The notes beneath the pieces were generated by a model, which had not been told where the DNA came from, ran no database searches, and worked only from the letters and a program-made list of their open reading frames with translations. Position numbers and translations under genes: made by a program. 64,000 bases of DNA from Macrostomum lignano (Eukaryota): NCBI GenBank assembly GCA_002269645.1, contig NIVC01000814.1, forward strand, positions 248,001-312,000, given 5' to 3'. Position 1 is the first letter of the stretch, and each line of letters opens with the position of its first letter. This document shows positions 26,968 through 39,800 of this stretch, piece after piece.

Positions 26968-29900
26968 ACCACAGAAGCGAGTAGACACACTGAGGTTCTT
27001 CGCAGCCAGCACAACTGCTCATGGTTTTCACAAGCTGAACCATCCAGTCAGAGCCTTCCAGATCGGCTGGCTGATACTCATCGGGTGCGCCTTCGCGGGC
27101 TTCAGCGTTCATCTGGTCACTCTAGTCGTGAAATATTTAGACGAACCAATTACTACAAAAATTGATCCCAAAGGCAGCAGGTTTCTCTATCCGGACATTA
27201 CCGTGTGCAACCTGATGATGTTCGCCATCAGTAAGATATTCGACCAGCATCTGGTAAACAAGACCCAAAATTCGACAACATCGAAGCCAGTGTTCAGATA
27301 CACTTTGAATAAGAAATTTAAACCATTGTACGACGATATTCAACAAGTCAGAGACATTCTAAACAAGAGTGTCCGGCAGTATCTGCTAGATAAGTTCGGC
27401 AACTACGAGTCCGATACGAGCCTGCTCAGGGTTGAAGATGACGGTCTGTACAATCTGCCAAGTGAGTTGCGCTGACTTCGCTGCTCTTCTGCTATAGAGA
27501 CAAAGGCTAGAGTTCAAAGGGTGATGCCGCGGAGCACTTCCTTCAATTAGATACTCCCTGTCACCTGAGTCTTTGGGTTCCGATAGTAATTAATTAGCAA
27601 CGCCCTGAGTTTTAACAATATTAGTTTAAAGTGGAGGTGCACTAAGCCAGAATATATATTTGTTATAGTCTACGACAAAAAGATTAAGACGAACTTCATG
27701 ACGACGATACTCGACAAAGTTAAAACTCCCACGATTTAACATCGTGCAGCGTCCTTTTTAATTTAGTTGTCTATTTAGTTGTCCATGACAATAATAATAA
27801 TATACTAATTGATTACACCTGCCATAACGGCAGATGTGCAGCCGACAGCTCAGCCGCAGCTATTGCGCGGCGCATCTGAAGGCTGCGTACGGCTGTTTAG
27901 TCCGAAGACTGGGGGGGGGGGTCGCCACACACACCCTCAATCACCCCAGCTAATGCTGGTACCCATTTAATTCCAGTGGGATCCGGAATCGAACCCCCGA
28001 CTCATGACTCAAGTCGTGAGTCCGACGCTCTAACCACTAGGCTGCACCACCCTATAGCGACAAAAAAGATGAAGACAAAGTTACTCGACAAAGCTAAAAC
28101 TCACGATTTTTTACGTTAGCTGTCGACGAACAAAGCTCATTGTGACAGACATTAAACCCACAGATTTGGTCATCCGAGACACCTACGGCTTGGAGAGAGT
28201 CTCCCAGTTCGCCCTCGATCCCAAAGAGATGCTGCTCTGGTGCTCGTTCGGTTCTCTGGCCTGCGACCACAACGACTTCTCCGCGATGACGCTGACCGCC
28301 TATCCATCCTGCCTGACGTTTAGCCTGGATAAGTTCCGACAACGACGGGGCACTTTGGTGAACGATCTGAACGAATTGCGAATGGTGCTGTTCACTGACT
28401 CGGTGAACCGGCATCCAGATATCACGGCGGCTTTAGCCAACGCGCCAGGTACGGTTCGAAGATATTTGGGTAGCTCAACGGTAAGGCGTTCGAATCGATC
28501 GCGTTTAAGTAAAAATAATACCTGCAGAACGACTGCGGGCTCACTGGCGCAACGCCTTCGGCGAAATGTTCCCAAAACTAATTCTGAAGCTTGAGAACAC
28601 TCTCAAGCGTACGCAGGCACGCACTCATACAAACGCTCACACAGGGGGTGTGAAACAGACCTGACGTTCTAATCGTCAAGGCATGTACACTGTTTGTGCC
28701 TTGGAGATGGCATTCGAGGAATCGAACCAGGGGTCGTGCGGCCCGGGAATCGGACACGTTTACCACTGAGAACGTCAATTAGACACCATTCGAATCCTTG
28801 AAACAAAGCTTATTTCAATTTTTGTAGGCGACGAGTTTAACATGCAGACGAACGGTGGAGCAGCCGTGCTCATTCACCTCCCGGGCACCTATCCAACCAA
28901 TGGTCTTCTAATAGAAGCTTCAAACAATCAGGAAACCATAGTAGACGTTCGTTATCAAAAGTACACGGCCATGAACACTAGGAAGATGCAGTGTCTGGAC
29001 ATGGAAGCCTCCGGACCGTCGGACACCACAAGCTACATGGTGGTGAAGGATGGCAAGGCAACGCTGGAACAGTTCAAGAAATTGCCAATCGACTGTCGAG
29101 TTCGGGCTGCTCAGGAATACCTTGTGGAAAACTGCGGATTCGTGGATCCAAACAAACCGATTGGATCCGAATTTATCGAACAGCATCGCAGAGGCAACTT
29201 GTCGAACTTGTACCTGAACTCGTCCAGTCCGGACCCCGGATACATAATCGATCTAGTGAGCGAAGTGTTCAACAGCACCAACCAGAGCAGCAATGGAACT
29301 TACCGACTGCCAACCATTATTGAGAGCCTGTTGGACAATGAGACATGCTTGAGAATGGCTCGCATCCTGGTGACCAACGATACCAGAATGCAGAGCTGCT
29401 TAGAGAACTGTCTCACTAGGACCTACTCAGTAGGCTTCATGTCGAACGCTTGGCCAGTGTCAACCGGCGAGTTTCTCCAGCCGCTGCTCGAACGATGGCT
29501 TCAATCCAATGTGTTCTTTCTCAATGGAACGTCACGATCGGCGCAAACGATCAACACGGACTTCGTCCGAGCGACCAACTGGCATCTGCATCAAGCGTTC
29601 AATCGGTTAGACGAGAGCCAGGATACCACAGTGGCGCAGAATTTCCTGGCTTTACGAATTCGAGTCGGTGACAGCCTCGGCCTGGGTCTACTCACCGAGG
29701 AGAACTGGGGCTATCAAGTGTACGATCTCATGTCCGATATTGGCGGCATACTGGGACTCTATCTTGGCATGAGCGTGCTCACACTCTGCGAGATGATCGA
29801 ACTCTGCCTGAGGCTGTTCGCGTTCAACTCGATTCTGACTTCTAGGGAGAGATTTATTGAAAATCAGAGACGAGGCTGCCGGCCCGCTGGCGGAGTCCCA

Positions 29901-30050
29901 GGCGGCTTGGCAATGAATGGCGTCAACAGCGGCATGGACTTGGACTTGGACGATGAGGAACCTGAAGGCATCCGGCAAGCTGATGAGCAGGAGGGCTCAA
30001 ATCAGCGGAGAGCAAATGGTTTGGCTAACGGCAGTTATCAGATTGGATAG
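26810..30050 (+). CDS. DEG/ENaC (amiloride-sensitive) sodium channel subunit, ~730 aa, 3 exons
   Basis: Exons 26810-27461, 28120-28448, 28828-30050. STTAHG pre-TM1 motif, TM1, YPDITVCN, GGAAVLIHLPGTYP, YSVGFMSNAWP, TM2 LMSDIGGILGLYLGMSVLTLCE with GxS filter. The exon 2-3 junction is in phase; the exon 1-2 junction is off by one base (see findings). Confidence 0.88.
27790..28052 (-). mobile_element. tRNA-derived SINE family 1, internally deleted, in channel intron 1
   Basis: Minus-strand head with A box TAGTGGTTAGAGC and B box GGTTCGATTCC; body AATGGGTACCAGCATTAGCTGGGG; (TTA)n tail. Confidence 0.75.
28525..28780 (-). mobile_element. tRNA-derived SINE family 2, in channel intron 2
   Basis: Minus-strand TCAGTGGTAAACG and GGTTCGATTCC boxes followed by the GTGTACATGCC...CTGTGTGAGCG core; related to 42235-42535. 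Confidence 0.65.
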
Positions 30051-30200
30051 TGGCAGTTATCAGATTGGATAGTGGCAGTTATCAGATTGGATAGTGGCAG
30101 TTATCAGATTGGATAGTGGCAGTTATCAGATTGGATAGTGGCAGTTGTCAGATTGGATAGTGGCAGTTGTCAGATTGGATAGCGGCAGTTATCAGATTAG
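30025..30200. repeat. 22-bp minisatellite containing the channel stop codon
   Basis: Unit TGGCAGTTATCAGATTGGATAG, ~7 copies; the first copy encodes SYQIG-stop. Confidence 0.9.
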
Positions 30201-30869
30201 AAGTTGGATAGCGAATTAGCTAGAATAAATAATCTCAAGCACCAACTGCATCTAAAATTGACCTGCAGGTCTTTTGTTGTAAGTAATTTATATTATTACA
30301 TGCAGTTACATTGTTGTGTTTGGAAGAACTATTTAAAACTTCATGACAAGTTTTCAGTCTGAAATTTTACAGAACTGATCAAAGTAGAATTATTTTATTT
30401 CACAAACGTTTCAAAAATTTCTTTCAAAATTGAAAATCTTTTCTGGTATTAAGAAATTTGTTTTACGATATTTTACGTTAACAAACTTTTAACCGTTAAC
30501 TTGTAAAACGTGTTCTTCTTTCTTTGTTTAGAATATTTTTTTGCAGATCAGTTAAATACATTTGTTAAATTTGTTTTATTCTTGTCGCAGAGAATTTATT
30601 GGCTTATAAAAATATGAATGATGGTAATAAATGAATGGATGAAAGCGTGCAGGACTTACTACACATTATATGCAAATATTGTAAATTTACGAACCAAAAA
30701 AATCAACGTCAATTGAAATAATTCGCAATGAATCTATTTTAGTAACACGGTTATAAGAAATAATGAATTCATTCATAATTTCTGTCAAAATGAAAAAATT
30801 CTATGAAAAGAAACACAATTAAAATCACTTTCAAAGGTCCTTCCAGTATTTATAAACAGACGCAGATTA

Positions 30870-33800
30870 TCAACGACTGAACTGTACTCCTGGCTCCTCC
30901 ATTTGGAGTGGGCGGTTTTTGCAGTACAGGTAGATTCCGATGAAGCCCATGCCAACCAGGATGCTGACCAGTAGAATTCCCAACACTGCCAGCACGGTGG
31001 CCACCGCTGACAGGCCGATGGTGTCGCCCGGGTTGACGCTGTCGTTTCGTTCAATCCAGATTGAGCCATCGGTGTCGTATTGGCCTGGAATTAAAGTAAA
31101 GACCGGTGAGGAACCGGTAAAGACCGGGGAGTAACCGGTAAAGACCTGCGAGAGGAACCGGTATATAAAGAGCGGTGAGGAACCGGTGAAGACCGGTGAG
31201 GAACCAGAAAAGATCGATAAGGAATCGATAAAGAATGGTGACGAACCAGTAAATACCGGTGACGAACCGGTAAATACCGGTGATTTTGACACATGCACCA
31301 TGTAAAGACAGAAAAATATCAGAGTAATTTTTATTACTGAAAATTGAATTTTTGAGTTAATTTAATTCTTTTTCGAAATAGCTTTCATAAATGATTGTTG
31401 GTGAAAAAAATCGACTATGATGAAAGTAAAACCGCGAAATCTTCTCTGAGCTATGTGATCTTAACAAAGTGGATTTCTGGCTGTCGAAAAGAAAGATTTA
31501 TTTACAATTCAAGTATCACGAAATCTCTGCATGCAGTGATGACGTGCGTGACCAGCTCGCCTTACCGTTACTCAGGAATAAGTTCGAGTCTTTAACGAAA
31601 AATTTAAATTCGGTAAGAAACGATTTATAGTACGTTTTTTATATAGCTCAAAAATGGTGTACACCAGGCTTACGTCGCTCACACGGTGTACACCAGGCAC
31701 ACGCTCACACAGGGTGTACACCAGGCACACGCTCACACAGGGTGTACACCAGGCACACGCTCACACAGGGTGTACACCAGGCACACGCTCACACAGAAAG
31801 TACACCAGGCACACGCTCACACAGGGTGTACACCCGGCACACGCTCACACAGGGTGTACACCAGGCACACGCTCACACAGGGTGTACACCAGGCACACGC
31901 TCACACAGGGTGTACACCAGGCACACGCTCACACAGGGTGTACACCAGGCACACGCTCACACAGAATGTACACCAGGCACACGCTCACACAGGGTGTACA
32001 CCAGGCACACGCTCACACAGGGTGTACACCAGGCACACGCTCACACAGAATGTACACCAGGCACACGCTCACACAGGGTGTACACCAGGCACACGCTCAC
32101 ACAGGGTGTACACCAGGCACACGCTCACACAGGGTGTACACCAGGCACACGCTCACACAGGATGTACACCAGGCACACGCTCACACAGGGTGTACACCAG
32201 GCACACGCTCACACAGGGTGTACACCAGGCACACGCTCACACAGGGTGTACACCCGGCAGCGCGCATAGCATTGTAATATTGTAGTTTGTACTACATGTA
32301 CTTTGCCCATCAAAAGGTGTCATTATTGCACTCTCATTTCAGTCTTATTCAAATACGAGTACAAACTGTTTCGTTCAAGCAGCAAAATGGTAAACTTAAG
32401 TGCAAATAACTCAGTTCAAAGGCTGATTCACGATTCACCATTTATGGTAAGATAAACTGAAAATTATGCACTTGATATGGCTATGCTTGAACTTGATTTG
32501 AGCATTGGGCAACTGGATTGGAAAACCATGTAACGATTTTGGTAGATATAGATGATAAAACGCGGGAAAGCGGTCACGTGATGAAATTTTTTGTACATAG
32601 GGTAAATGTAGCACCGCACAGGATCAGGTGATAAGTAGCTTGTAACATGGACAATAATCTCATTGCTCCTTTCTAACCTTTGAGCCGCTGCTAATATCCA
32701 TATAGGTCGCCGGGGTAAATTGCGTCCTGCGATTTTGCTATTTCAATTTCATTAAATCAGCTACCCTAGCTGGTACAGTTGAGATATTCCTCAGTTACTT
32801 TGCTAGGGTTTAATGTCTGAATTGAGAGCTGGTGAGGGTTTAGATGCCTGCAATGAGAACCGGTGATGGTTTAGATGTCTACATTGAGGACCGGTGAGGG
32901 TTTAGATGTCTACATTGAGGACCGGTGAGGGTTTAGATGTCTACATTGAGGACCGGTGAGGGTTTAGATGTCTACATTGAGGACCGGTGAGGGTTTAGAT
33001 GTCTACATTGAGGACCGGTGAGGGTTTAGATGTCTACATTGAGAACCGGTGAGGGTTTAGATGCCTGGATTGAGAACCAGTGAGGATTTAGATGTCTACA
33101 TTGAGAACGGGTGAGGGTTTAGATGTCTACATTGAGAACCGGTGAGGGTTTAGATATCTACATTGAGAACCGGTGAGGGTTTAGATGCCTGAATTGAGAA
33201 CCGGTGAGGGTTTAGATGCCTGAACTGAGAACCGGTGAGGGTTTAGATGCCTGAATTGAGAACCGGTGAGGGTTTAGATGCCTGAATTGAGAACCGGTGA
33301 GGGTTTAGATGCCTGAACTGAGAACCGGTGAGGGTTTAGATGCCTGAACTGAGAACCGGTGTGGGTTTAGATGCCTGAACTGAGAACCGGTGAGGGATTA
33401 GATGTCTACATTGAGAACCGGTGAGGGTTTAGATGTCTACATTGAGAACCGGTGAGGGTTTAGATGACTACATTGAGAACCGGTGAGGGTTTAGATGTCT
33501 ACATTGAGAACCGGTGAGGGTTTAGATGCCTGAATTGAGAACCGGTGAGGGATTAGATGTCTACATTGAGAACCGGTGAGGGTTTAGATGCCTGAATTGA
33601 GAACCGGTGAGGGTTTAGATGCCTGAACTGAGAACCGGTGAGGGTTTAGATGCCTGAATTGAGAACCGGTGAGGGTTTAGATGCCTGAATTGAGAACCGG
33701 TGAGGGTTTAGATGCCTGAACTGAGAACCGGTGAGGGTTTAGATGCCTGAATTGAGAACCGGTGAGGGTTTAGATGCCTGAATTGAGAACCGGTGAGGGT

Positions 33801-36800
33801 TTAGATGCCTGAATTTAGAACTGGTGAGGGTTTAGATGCCTGAATTGAGAACCGGTGAGGGTTTAGATGCCTGAATTGAGAACCGGTGAGGGTTTAGATG
33901 CCTGAATTTAGAACTGGTGAGGGTTTAGATGCCTGAATTGAGAACCGGTGAGGGTTTAGATGCCTGAATTGAGAACCGGTGAGGGTTTAGATGCCTGAAT
34001 TGAGAACCGGTGAGGGTTTAGATGCCTGAATTTAGAACTGGTGAGGGTTTAGATGCCTGAATTTAGAACTGGTGAGGGTTTAGATGCCTGAATTTAGAAC
34101 CGGTGAGGGTTTAGATGCCTGAATTTAGAACCGGTGAGGGTTTAGATGCCTGAATTTAGAACCGGTGAGGGTTTAGATGTCGGCAATGAGAACTCACGAC
34201 TGTAGTAGGCGCAGGACGGCACTCCGCTTGAGCCGCTAGGTTTAGTTACCAAGGCCACCCCGGGCACTCGAATGCTACAAGTAGACCTCACTTCGTTCCC
34301 ATTGTACGGCTCGCAGTAATAAAATCCATTGCATTTTTCGCCATAGTCTTCAACGCATCGACGAGAGCAATAATCCAGGTTGAGGTCGGAGTGGGTGGCC
34401 GTGTAAGCTGACAGGTCCGGTTGAGACACCTTGAACTGCTGCTTGAAATCCGTGGTGAACGACCTCGAATAGTGAGTACAGTTCAGGTTGGGCTCTGATT
34501 TCACCGAATCGTCTGATTTGTGGCTGGCACTCAGGTAGCAGAATTTCTTCAGGCCTTCGCCGAAATCGCAGATGTCGAAACTGCGACACGGCTTTGAGGG
34601 ACTCGAGCCGACACAGGCGGCTGCGCACTCCCGATCTGTGTCCACCAGCTGCAGGTCTTTGTGCACGTCGATCAGGCGGGAGAGGCCCGGCTCTTTGGTG
34701 AACAGACCGAGCTCCGTCTCTGGGGAAGGGAGTTTGTGGTTGAGCAACTCTCTACCTGCGTACCTTTATTGGTGTCTTCGTGTCTTGATGTCTGAGTGTC
34801 TTGGTGTCTGAGTGTCTTGATGTCTGAGTGTCTTGATGTCTGAATGTCTTCGTGTCTTGATGTCTTGGTGTCTTGATGTCTGAGTGTCTTGATGTCTGAA
34901 TGTCTTCGTGTCTTGATGTCTTCGTGTCTTGATGTCTGAGTGTCTTGATGTCTGAGTGTCTTGATGTCTGAGTGTCTTGATGTCTGAATGTCTTGGTGTC
35001 TTCGTGTCTTGATGTCTGAGTGTCTTGATGTTTTCGTGTCTTAGTGTCTTCGTGTCTTGATGTCTGAGTGTCTTGATCTCTGAGTGTCTTGATGTTTTCG
35101 TGTCTTAGTGTCTTCGTGTCTTGATGTCTGAGTGTCTTGATGTCTGAGTGTCTTGATGTCTGAGTGTCTTGATGTCTGAGTGTCTTGATGTCTGAATGTC
35201 TTGATTTCCGAGTGTCTTGATGTCCGAATGTCTTGATTTCCGAGTGTCTTGATGTCCGAATGTCTTGATTTCCGAGTGTCTTGATTTCCGAGTGTCTTGA
35301 TTTCCGAGTGTCTTGATGTCTTCGTGTCTTGATGTCTGAGTGTCTTGATGTCTGAGTGTCTTGATGTCTGAGTGTCTTGATGTCTGAATGTCTTGGTGTC
35401 TTCGTGTCTTGATGTCTGAGTGTCTTGAAGTTTTCGTGTCTTAGTGTCTTCGTGTCTTGATGTCTGAGTGTCTTGATCTCTGAGTGTCTTGATGTTTTCG
35501 TGTCTTAGTGTCTTCGTGTCTTGATGTCTGAGTGTCTTGATGTCTTCGTGTCTTGATGTCTGAGTGTCTTGATGTCTGAGTGTCTTGATGTCCGAGTGTC
35601 TTGATGTCCGAGTGTCTTGATTTCCGAGTGTCTTGATGTCTGAATGTCTTGATTTCCGAGTGTCTTGATGTCCGAATGTCTTGATTTCCGAGTGTCTTGA
35701 TGTCCGAATGTCTTGATTTCCGAGTGTCTTGATGTCCGAATGTCTTGATTTCCGAGTGTCTTGATTTCCGAGTGTCTTGATTTCCGAGTGTCTTGATGTC
35801 TTCGTGTCTTGATGTCTGAGTGTCTTGATGTCTGAGTGTCTTGATGTCTAAGTGTCTTGATGTTTGAATGTCTTGATTTCCGAGTGTCTTGATGTCCGAA
35901 TGTCTTGATTTCCGAGTGTCTTGATGTCTGAGTGTCTTGATGTCTGAATGTCTTGATTTCCGAGTGTCTTGATGTCCGAATGTCTTGATATCTGAGTGTC
36001 TTGATGTCCGAATGTCTTGATATCTGAGTGTCTTGATGTCTGAGTGTCTTGGTGTCTCACGACTCAACTAACACTGGTAACTCACTATCGTACAGGTTGC
36101 ACAGTCCTCTCTGCACAACCTTGTCAGGCTGCTCCCTCGGCGAGGCGTCATTGAGCAGGCACTGGCCCAGGCTGTAGCAGTAGGTGAACGATTTGCACTC
36201 AAAATCTGCGTTGCCAAGGCAAGCTTCGGCGCAGTCGTCAACAGACAGGGCATCCAGCATGGCTCTGGTTGGCGGCATTCCCGCACTTTTGGTCACTTCG
36301 AACTGGAACAGGTGTCTGCCAGTCAGAGCCAGGTCTACGTTTGGTCGAACTTCGAATTGTTCAATATCGAGAGCGGTGATGTTGACAATGTCGATGTTTC
36401 CCGTTTCCGGCGTGATTTTCTCCATTGGAACCCGGAATAGGCTGCTGTCAACGTAGGTCACTAGAAGGTCGAATGCCGTCTCCAAAGATAGCTCAAGGGC
36501 GTCTGGGCGGATCACTGATACCGGGCCTGAAAATCACATTGGCGGTGATCTTCTTTGAAGTTTCTCTAATTAATTAATTTTTTTCTACCTTTGCTTACAA
36601 ACTAATCAGTCGGAACCATTACATAAAAGACTCGCTGCTCTTATCAGCACGTGACTCACCTATCATACAGGTATAATTGCTGTTCTATTATCAGCAGGTG
36701 ACTGGGCTATATCATACAGGTATAATTGCTGTTCTATTATCAGCAGGTGACTGGGCTATATCATACAGGTATAATTGCTGTTCTATTATCAGCAGGTGAC

Positions 36801-39800
36801 TGGGCTATATCATACAGGTATAATTGCTGTTCTATTATCAGCAGGTGACTGGCCTATATCATACAGGTATAATTGCTGTTCTATTATCAGCAGGTGACTG
36901 GGCTATATCATACAGGTATAATTGCTGTTCTATTATCAGCAGGTAAAAAGGTGGAATGTTCTTCTCTTCGGTTATGCAAATATCCCTGGTCACTTTAAAA
37001 TAGCAACAAAAAAACGAACAACAAAAGCAATAAATAGCGATAAGATTTCCGCTACTCAAACAGCTTCTACTCACGAATGAGCACGGAACACTGATGAGTC
37101 TTATCCGGGTTCTCCGTGTCCTTTTTGAAAGACGAGCTCAACAGGCAGTTCGAGCCGGATTTCGAGCCGGGGCAGAAGGCCACACTGTTGCAGGGCGGCA
37201 TCAGAAGGCTGTTGCAGCGGCGAAGACAGTCCAGCTCGCTGGCTACATTGGCAGTCTGCTCGGCGCTTTCAATGTACCGGTTTGGTCCAGTGAGTCGGTT
37301 GAACTGGGCTGAAATGCCGTTTTTTTTAAATAAGTTATTAAATTATTTGAAATAATAATGAAACAGGTAAGAGACTAGCGCCCCTGGTGCTAAAGCCCCT
37401 GGTGCTAAAGCCCCTGTGCTAAAGCCTCTGGTGCTAAAGCCCCTGGTGCTAATGCCCCTGGTGCTAATGCCCCTGGTGCTAAAGCCCCTGGTGCCTTAGA
37501 GCTCCGTTTCCAATCCAGATCTCGATTTTGATAAGTCCATGAACCGAAATCTTGAGCATTACTTAAAGAACCCTATTAAAAAATGATGAAAGGAGATCTC
37601 AGTATTTAAAGCCAAGCTAAATCGCACAATTATCAATTCACGAATGAATTTTTATCCAAAGAGCACAGCAGCTCGTACAGGTTCTTGCTGCGCAAATGCG
37701 CGAATATCAATGTTGGCCTTAAGTCTGTTTCAGATTATCCTCTGATAATCCCCCGACAGTAGAATCACCAGCTAAAATGTAATTAAGTATGCAATAGATG
37801 CAGCGGATTCCGTCCTCACCGTACGGATGTGGCCCATCTAGCAGGGTGAAGATTAAATAGATGAATACATCGTCATAGTCGAGTCTTACTCGCTGAAATC
37901 TGATCGGATTAACAAAACCCAGGTCAGCGTTGGCCAGTACTTTAGTGGCCCGGCGAATGAATAAATTTTGACTGCCCTTCACGTACTTGTCGTAGATACC
38001 GCCTGTGGTCATAGATAGAATTTGTGTCTATTTGTTACATCCATAGGCAAAAATAGTCATAGTCAGCAATCAGAAATCTGTGGGAGTCCTCTGAGCATTG
38101 AGTAATCTATAGAAGTCAGCTGATCACTCGATTGTTTATGGGATCGAGTCAGCTGATCACTCGATTGTCTATGGAAGTCAGCTGATCACTCGATTGTCTA
38201 TAGAAGTCAGCTGATCACTCGATTGTCTATGGAAGTCAGCTGATCACTCGATTGTCTATAGAAGTCAGCTGATCACTCGATTGTCTATGGAAGTCAGCTG
38301 ATCACTCGATTGTCTATAGAAGTCAGCTGATCACTCGATTGTCTATGGAAGTCAGCTGATCACTCGATTGTCTATGGAAGTCAGCTGATCACTCGATTGT
38401 CTATGGGAGTCAGCTGATCACTCGGTTGTCTATGGGAGTCAGCTGATCACTCGGTTGTCTATGGGAGTCAGCTGATCAATCAGTTGTCTATGGGAGTCAG
38501 CTGATCAATCAGTTGTCTATGGGAGTCAGCTGATCAATCAGTTGTCTATGGAAGTCAGCTGATCACTCGGTTGTCTATGGAAGTCAGCTGATCACTCGAT
38601 TGTCTATAGAAGTCAGCTGATCACTCGATTGTCTATGGAAGTCAGCTGATCACTCGATTGTCTATAGAAGTCAGCTGATCACTCGATTGTCTATGGAAGT
38701 CAGCTGATCACTCGATTGTCTATGGAAGTCAGCTGATCACTCGATTGTCTATGGAAGTCAGCTGATCACTCGATTGTCTATGGGAGTCAGCTGATCACTC
38801 GGTTGTCTATGGGAGTCAGCTGATCAATCAGTTGTCTATGGGAGTCAGCTGATCATTCGCTTGTCTATGGGAGTCAGCTAATTAATCAGTTGTCGATGGG
38901 AGTCAGCTGATCAATCAGTTGTCTATGGGAGTCAGCTGATCATTCGGTTGTCTATGGGAGTCAGCTAATTAATCAGTTGTCGATGGGAGTCAGCTGATCA
39001 ATCAGTTGTCTATGGGAGTCAGCTGATCACTCGGTTGTCTATGGGAGTCAGCTGATCAATCAGTTGTCTATGGGAGTCAGCTGATCAATCAGTTGTCTAT
39101 GGGAGTCAGCTGATCAATCAGTTGTCTATGGGAGTCAGCTGATCACTCGGTTGTCTATGGGAGTCAGCTGATCACTCGGTTGTCTATGGGAGTCAGCTGA
39201 TCAATCAGTTGTCTATGGAAGTCAGCTGATCACTCGGTTGTCTATGGGAGTCAGCTGATCACTCGATTGTCTATGGAAGTCAGCTGATCACTCGGTTGTC
39301 TATGGGAGTCAGCTGATCAATCAGTTGTCTATGGGAGTCAGCTGATCAATCAGTTGTCTATGGGAGTCAGCTGATCAATCAGTTGTCTATGGGAGTCAGC
39401 TGATCAATCAGTTGTAGGTTGTCCCCTTACCATTCAAGAATCGAATAAGAATATTCTTTCTCTCAGCCTTGGCGTAGCACTGGGTAACGTCCAAGTCGTA
39501 GGGTTGAAGCTGATCAAAATCTTTCTCAGCGTCGGGTTCAACTTGGGTGTCGAAATTGTAGAAATTGTAAACCTCCTGGTAGTTAAAAGTCGGATCATCA
39601 ATCTGAAATGTTGCGTTGTTATATTTTTTTACCCCTGTTTAAGAGGTGTTTAGCTGCAGAATCATGCAGCTCCCATGTCAAGATGCCTTGCCTGTTGTTC
39701 TAAATCTATTTATTGATTTCGGTGCAACCTTCTTGCTCAACATAAACAAAAGTACAAAAACCCTCAAACTCACTTGGCCCAGCGATTTGTAGTTGGTAAT

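Noticed and set aside
26513-27112. 199-aa minus-strand ORF with poly-Leu (also 57195-57803)
   Set aside because: Antisense shadows of the channel polyQ exon and the RhoGAP exon.
31654-32285. Three overlapping 175-207-aa His/Thr-rich ORFs and a CRISPR-like appearance
   Set aside because: A 28-bp tandem unit open in all frames, with no unique spacers and no cas genes; eukaryotic context.
37091-37135. Hammerhead-ribozyme-like CTGATGAG followed by a stem
   Set aside because: No GAAA core after stem II, and it lies antisense within a coding exon. Other CTGATGA/CTGACGA sites also lacked the core.
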